64,000 bases of DNA, from the NCBI RefSeq assembly GCF_006345805.1, contig NC_043005.1, positions 20,708,001-20,772,000 on the forward strand, written 5' to 3'. The translations under genes were made by a program, and so were the position numbers. The number at the start of each line of letters is the position of its first letter. Position 1 is the stretch's first letter. This DNA comes from Octopus sinensis (taxonomy: Eukaryota). The notes beneath the pieces are model-generated. The model was not told the origin of the DNA. It did no database searches and was given only the letters and a program-made list of their open reading frames with translations. Positions 54,691-62,400 of the stretch are shown one piece after another.

Positions 54691-57600
54691 GAGGTGGGCA
54701 TTGTTAATTGAAAAATTAACTTCGTTCAGCATGAAACCATTAATTCTTTGCAAATTTAACAGAAGTTAACTTCAATCCATTAAAATTAGCTTTCATTGTA
54801 AAAGGCATATCTACAGTTTAATACCTCACTGACTGTGTTGCCTCATAACTTCCAGAGAAATAGAAACTTTCTAATGAAACTTAATTGCTTATAACCTGTA
54901 GATTGGGTGGTGAAGATTTGTTGGAAACAAATTTTTTTAGGGGTTGGAGAGAGGAGTTTCAGAAAATTCACAGGATCCGACATTTTCCCGTTCATCACTT
55001 CCTGGAAAATAGGATGTTTTAACAAAATTTTATAGAAATACATTTTAAACGGTGTAGATTACAATTGCAAAGAAATATATTGGTAAAACTTTTGAAAGAG
55101 GCTGGAGGGATGGGTGTAATTTCTGGAAAATGGAGTTTTGAATCATACAGCCCATACAAGTTGGAAGTTCTCCGTTTTGATGGGGAATTCTTCAAATGTT
55201 TTTCACCAAAGTTTTCAGAATGATGGGAGGCATCTTTTCATGGAAAAGAAGAAAAAGATTTTAAAAATTTATTTCCTTTCATTCCCACCACTCCAGTCTG
55301 AAATGATTTGGGTCATTTTTCTTTTTCACTACACACTTGAAACCTGTGAGAGAAACATTTTCAGTTTAAAAGAGAATTGTAAATAATTTGAGAGGAGAAA
55401 GAGTAATTTAAGGTAGATCAAGCTGTTGTTTCTAGTACATACTAAAACCCCCCTTCTCGTTTCTTTCTCCCCCACACATCTATTGATATTTTTCTGCCCA
55501 TAAACAAATCTTATGGAATGATGATGTCAAAGTAACAGAAGTGTAGTCCCAACCAAGTGAAGCCGTGCTATGTGTGTAAGGGCAAAAAACACCTAAAATC
55601 ATCTTTAGTGTTCATGTTAATCTATCAAAAGTAATGCTTATTTGTTTGTTATTCTGAATTATTCAGGTTCAAGAGGGTTGTTCTCAATATTTGTTTGTAA
55701 CTTTGTACATGCAGATTTGAAATTTTGTCATGCGGATTTGAAATATGGTTTATAATTATGTAAATTTAGCTGATCTTGCTGAGCAAATTTGACTTTCATG
55801 TGCAGTTAAAATTAATTAACAGGTGTAAAAGAAATAGCATTATGGATAAACACTAGAATTGAAATTCTTAATGCATCTTACCTGTTTGATTTGTTACTAA
55901 AATGATACCAGATTGCAACTGACAAAATATTTGCCGCTTTTAAAGATGAGGTACTTATATTTGAATCAATTGAAATACAGATATAATCAGTACAAGATTT
56001 TATGCTTTCAGGAAATATTTCATACCTTATTGAGGAATAATTTTTTCCTCAGATTTTTTAGGGTGCATTGAATGTATCTGACCTCCAAACGTGCTGCAAG
56101 TCACATTTTTACGGAACAGAGAAGAAGGAAGGGTAGAGGGGACCATGTTATTTTGCATCCTTTCAATGAAAGTGACATCGAAGTCACGCGTAAACAGCTT
56201 TTTTTCCAGAAAAGGAAAGATTTTGCTGCTCTTTCTAGTGTACCTTCTACCATGCTACAACGAAATATTTACCAACCTTTTTCCTTCCATTTGCTTTTTA
56301 TGGAAGTTGGACCTCAGCGAGGTCACAGATCAAGTGGATAGACATCAATCACTGTTCCCTCTTGACAGAATAAAGAAATTTCCTGCTGTCTTTGCAAGCA
56401 GCAAGCTGATGGTTTTGGTTTCAAATCCAGGCAGGGCTAAATGATGTTCTACACATCTTTTATAATAATAAGTGGCCTATATCAGGGTTGAAAGGATGGT
56501 ATATACAATATTAAATATGCTAAAATAATCTGAAAACATTAGAAACTTTTAAATGTTCACTGGTTCTCTTGAAATTTTTGGGTTAATGGACTTGAGTTAA
56601 CAGAAGTCAAATGTAGTGGAAGTTAATTTGTCCGATAAAGATTTTCAAAGTTACCTTGAAAGTTAAATTGCTAACTTCGTTAATTAACAATTCATGAATT
56701 AACAGACTAACACCCAGTTCTGTATATATATATATATTGCACCAGCATTACTTGGGGTAGTGATGACAGACCAAATATATATACAGCAAGAGACTGAACA
56801 TTAATTTTATACCAGTGTTTTTGTAAAACCATCGCTACATTTGATCATACACATTGTTTATGTCAACAGGATAATTTTTAAGTTAATGAGCCAATAGAAC
56901 CTCATTCAAATTTGGCTACTTGCTGGTTTCTCTCCCTTTCTCGCTGTCATAATTATAGTATCGATTACTATATCTAGTGGTAATATAAACTAAATGTTTC
57001 AAAACCATGATTATTTTTAATCTCTGGTGAATCTCCCATCAGTGAGATGTGCATATCAGATGCAATGAAAATATCTTTGCAGGTTGTTTTGGAAAAACTG
57101 CATCCAGTAACTATCTCCATTATTTTGTTGAGTGCTTAGATGCTGCCCAAACGCCCTACACCTATGGTTTCTGGCAGTGAACCTGCTGGATATGTTCCAG
57201 AAAGGTAACAGTTATGCTGCAGTAGGTCACTGCTATGTTGTCAACAAAAGCACCATAAGCTACATAAAGTAAAACAAGGTGGCAAAAAAGGCTATCGTAG
57301 CAGTAATTTTCTGTGGAAGTGTCAAAAGATATCGATAGTGAGAAATAAGAACTTTGTTGGGATGGAATCTACCTTGGCATTGTGGCTGCAAGAAGAAAAA
57401 CATCCCCTTGAGCGGTAAGATCATCAGTGAGAAAGCATGGAAATTATACCAGCAGTTCAACAGAGAATACAAAGCAGAAGATACTGAAGAACTGTGACCA
57501 AGACCATTGGCAGTATTAGAACCCGAAGATTTTCAAACCAGCAAGGTATGGTTTGACCATTCCCAGAAATGGTTTAAAGTAAAGTGTTTCCCTGAAAAGA

Positions 57601-59368
57601 GAGAGACCATCAGCCAACAAAAATACCACTAAGAAGTAACATTAGACCTTCAAGTAATCATCAGGGACAAGGGTTACAAGCCAGATCGAGTTTTCAGTGC
57701 AGATGAGACTGGCTTGTTCTGGAAGAAGATGCCTTCCAGAATGTACATCATGAAGGACGAAGCCAGAGCCCTAGCATTTAAGGCACAGAAGGACAGAGTT
57801 ATGCTAATTACGTGTGGCTATGCTGCTAGCTTCATAATGAAACCAGGACTTATCAAAAAGTTTGTAAACCCAAGGTCTTGAAAAATGAGAATAAAAACCT
57901 GTTGCCTGTCCACTGGATGCAGAGCCCAAGGCCCAGATTACCAAAAGTCTAACTTTGAATTGGTTCCACCAAATGCTTCATCTCTGAAGCCAAGGAATAC
58001 CTCCAAAATTTTGCATGCAATTCAAGGTGTTGCTTGTTATGGATTATGCTGGTGGTCACTCTTTGGATTTGAATTATGAGGGAGTTCAAGTAGCGTTCCT
58101 CCCTGCCAACACCACCTCTCATCAAGCCTATGGATCAAGGATGATCTGTGCTTTCCACACTCTCTACACACAGAACACTCTCCAACAATGGATTCGGACA
58201 AGAATTTCTAGTTAAAGGAGTATTGGTGTAACATTTTGATTGCAGTGTGACTGTCAGTCATCCACATTGCTCTTAAAGACATGGAAAATGAAAATCTCAT
58301 CTCATGCTGGAAGAAAGTGTGGCCAGAGTGTGTCGAGGACTACGAGGGCTTCTCACCTGAAGGTATTCAACATGAGATTGTGAACAATGTCGTGAAACTG
58401 GCAAAGGTACCTAGTGGTCACAGTTTTGCTGACATCACAGAAGAGGAGGTCAACGACCTCATCAATGCCTACTCTGAAACCCTGACAAACAAAGATTTAT
58501 TGGAGTTAATGAAATCTACCAGTGAGGAGGAAGTAGAAGTGCCAGATACAGAGGAAGAGGAAGAGGAAGATGGGCCTGCCAATTGAACGTCTTCTGACCT
58601 ATTAAAAACAGCAAAGGAATTGCAAGTGAAGGCAGAATCATGGGATCTCTATATTATTCAGTCTCTCCAATTTAAAAATACCTTTGATGCTTCTATAGAG
58701 ATATATAAAACTCTCCTGAAAACCATGAAGAAACAACAACAGCAACTTCCCATCACAATGTTCCTCAAGGCCACAAAGAAAGCCTTGCACAAAGATACAA
58801 CATCCCCCTAAAACACCTGAAGAAGAGGTGTCTCATGAAGAGTTTTAAATCTTGTTTGCTGTGCAGTCATTAAATTCATTATTTTCATCATCATCGTCTT
58901 AAATCAATATCATTCATTATTGGTGAGTAACAATAAATTTTACTTTATTTAAAAAAAAATTATTATTAAATATATATATATATTTAAAATATTTTACGTT
59001 ATATTTTGATGTTTATAAGCATTTTTATGGAGCACATCCAATATTCACAGTTTCACAATTCGTGGGTGCTCTAGGAACATAAACCCCACGAATACTGGGA
59101 GAATACTATATATATATATATATATATATAGTCAGTAGTTCATGTATCCAGACTTACAGTTGTAATGTATATATTTTAGGAACTCAAAAGTTATGGCTGT
59201 TCATAGGGTGTCTTGTTTTCGCACCTATAAAGTACTTAGGAGTAGAAGTGACTAGCCACACTCAAATGGTTGAAGGTGTGCATTCAGATACCTTAGCTCC
59301 TTCGCCTTTAGCCACTCCAGTCAGAAGAGTTGCCTATGCTACTAAGCACTTTAAGGTGCAAAACCAAT

Positions 59369-59408
<40 letters not shown>

Positions 59409-62400
59409 GAAAGAAAGAGAGACTAAGATTTATTAATATATACAGTATTTAAATGTGAGCTAGTTTTAATTTCAAGCTGATATCCAAATACTCTGTAAAT
59501 TTGAAGTTAGTTACCTCTCACTGGACAGAGGACATACTTTGTTGATGCTACTAATAATGGAACTATAAATTGTATTTATATATATTTGTGTGGGTGTTTG
59601 GATTTGTGCATGTGTTTGCATACACACACATATTTTTACATATGCGTTATATATAAAGACATATGCACAAAGATATGTGTATATCTATACATGTAGTTAT
59701 ATATATATATTGGGTCATTGCATAAATAATGGTCTCTTTTTTCATACTTCTTTTATATTTCAAAATTAAGAGAAAGTTCTTTTTCTATCTAAAATATACT
59801 CTCCTTCAGCTTGTAAATTTGCAAGGCCCGTCTTCCAAAATTCACTTTTCTGTGACAAAAGATACTCCTCCAGTACTGTTCTCACCTCATCCACAGAATG
59901 CATAACTTTTCCATCCAAATGACTTTGAAGATTTTGGATTAACTGATCATCAGATTGGGTAATGTCTGGTGAATACGGTGGCTGGGGCCTCATTTCCCAT
60001 TCAAGCTGCTCCAACCTTTGGAATGTCATCCTTATAGTATGTGGGTGAACATTTCCCTGATGGAAGAACACCTTTCGTCTTGAAATCCAAAACCATTGTT
60101 TTCCATCTAGCGCTGACTTAAGCCGCTCAAGCTGTTCATAGAAGTTCTCCTTTGTTATCATTTGCTTTGGGTTTAAAAGTTTAAAGTGGACTAAACCTTT
60201 CATATCACGCCAAACATAACAACATTTTATGTGGGTGAAGACCTTGTTTAGCTTAGGGTACTGGTGTTTCTCCTTTCCCTATCCCTGGTCTTCAGCACTT
60301 AACATTTTTATAGATAACCCTTTTCTTGTCTCCAGTCATATTCAGTCCAAAGAAGGTTCATTCGTGAGGCATGACAGCAAACAGCACACTTTTACTCTCT
60401 GAGTGCAATTACTCAGAAAGTTTGTGTAGTACCCATTGACCCAATTTGTTGAATTTTCTAATGGCCTGCAAGTATCACTGACTGGCTGAAGAACCAAATC
60501 CAAATTTATTTGCTTGTTCCTCAACTGTTACAATGGGATTTTGTTCCATTATGGTTTGCAGGATGTCCCCATATGTAACTGTAATTAGTGGGGCCCTGGG
60601 ATATGTAACACACTCTCTAAATACCAATCTTGCAAAATTAGGCTTGTCAAAACCAGGAAGGAGAAAGCCAATTTGAAGACTACAGATCCAATCCATCATT
60701 GGAACAGTAACAATCTGTAAAACTTTCCTGAAGTTTATCATTTAAATATATATCAACATGTCTAAAAATGCAAGTATATGCATGAGAATACATGCATAAA
60801 ACAAAACATATGAATCTGCACATATACATACATTCACACATACATACAAACAAAAATACCCAGTTGTTAATGTTGAAATTCCAATGAAGGAGTCTTAGAT
60901 CCAAGTCAGAAACTGGTTCTTTCTCTGTTGGCAAGAAATCTTGAAATAAAACTTAACAATGACATACATAAATATATATATATGCCTATTTCTGTCTGTG
61001 TACATGCTTCTTCAGTGTGTTTCAGTCAATATCTTTATTCTAAATTTGTCATTATCGCCTCATCCTTACACTTCTCCTAACATATAATTACCATTGATAC
61101 CATCTTCTCTGTATCATTTCCAGTGTTATCCAAAGTGGACTGTGGACCACCAAAAGACATTGCTGGTGCTTCAAAGTCCTATAATAGCACTACCTATAAA
61201 TCTCAAGTAATCTACACTTGTCCAGAAGGAGAAACATTAAAATCGAGATGTGAAGATGACAATAAATGGACTCCAGTACCATCTACCTGTAAAGGTAATG
61301 TAAAGAGGCTCCCTCTTGTTGTTTCCAACTACATTATTTTTTTTTGTGTGTGTGTTAAGTGTTTTTGTCAGAGGAAGAAATGCTGTGTCCATGACAATTT
61401 CCATTGTGAATTTCACTGTTGGGAAAGATAGAAGTTAATGTCAGAGCAGAAACCTCTTCAAATGCTTGCAAGAGTATCGGCTTTGTGAGTGTTACTCAAA
61501 GGGAGGATGATTCATGTTGTGCCAAACAAGCACAGGAAGAGTGGAATCTTGTCCCTACCTGAAATTTTCATGGAGTTTTCATCAACTAAATTTCATGTGT
61601 AAGGCTTAGATGTGAAGCAAATTCTTAAGCACAGAGAACCCTGCGCAATATTCCATTGTTTTTAAGCAAACTATTATGACCACAGCTATAACTCAGCTCG
61701 TGTAATTTTTTTCTCTAATTTCTCACTTGACTTTTCTCATCCATACTTTGTGTTATCATCTATTATTCTGTACAATACAATGCACTGAGTTTTTTTACTA
61801 GAATTCAGCAATCCTCTGAAACAGACTTCCGATGCTCAAGTGATATTCTATCCAGTCCATAATCCTAAATTATAACAACACAAATAATAATAATGATTCT
61901 TTCTAATTTGGGAAAAGAAAGCCAATAATTTTCTATATGTTGTAGATTAAGTTCCATTTTGTTGTTTTCGTATAGATTATTGGTTTGAGGATGTATCCAT
62001 CGGTTACAATATAATTAAGTTGACTAAATATGTTTGGGTGTGTGATATGTATATGTCTTCCAATTAAACGAAGTCCTTTTTGCATCCTGCTGTTGGTAGA
62101 ATGAAAAGAAAAGTCAAATTCATTTTTGTGGAGAAATGTAAAAATGATGAGTTACAAAGACAGTTTCAACGAATTCTCTTTTTATTTCAAGGATATATGC
62201 TATTACATGTAAATACATCAGGAGTAATCTCTCTTCGTCAGTGAAAGTAACTTGAAGAGTATCATATTGTAGAATGTTATTTCTAGGTTTTCGTCTAAAA
62301 GTTTGTCCATAAAGAAGTGAAAGGAATCATATTGCTTATCAAGTCCATTGAAACTACACTTGAGAAAGAGTTTAGCTTTATGACTTATGGTCATTATTGA

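Noticed and set aside
2176-61294. Dscam-like clusters of mutually exclusive exons
   Set aside because: Exon types are interleaved S-A-B rather than clustered and join in frame; only S4/S5 are adjacent paralogs; no docking/selector sequences identified.
2176-61294. Tandem cluster of separate small S-A-B genes
   Set aside because: No start/signal exon or terminal exon found between units; each B exon ends in a G|GTCAGT donor compatible with the next S acceptor. Very small exons cannot be fully excluded.
62160-62246. Possible hammerhead on the minus strand (CTGACGA...GAAAC)
   Set aside because: Stems I and II could not be paired convincingly.
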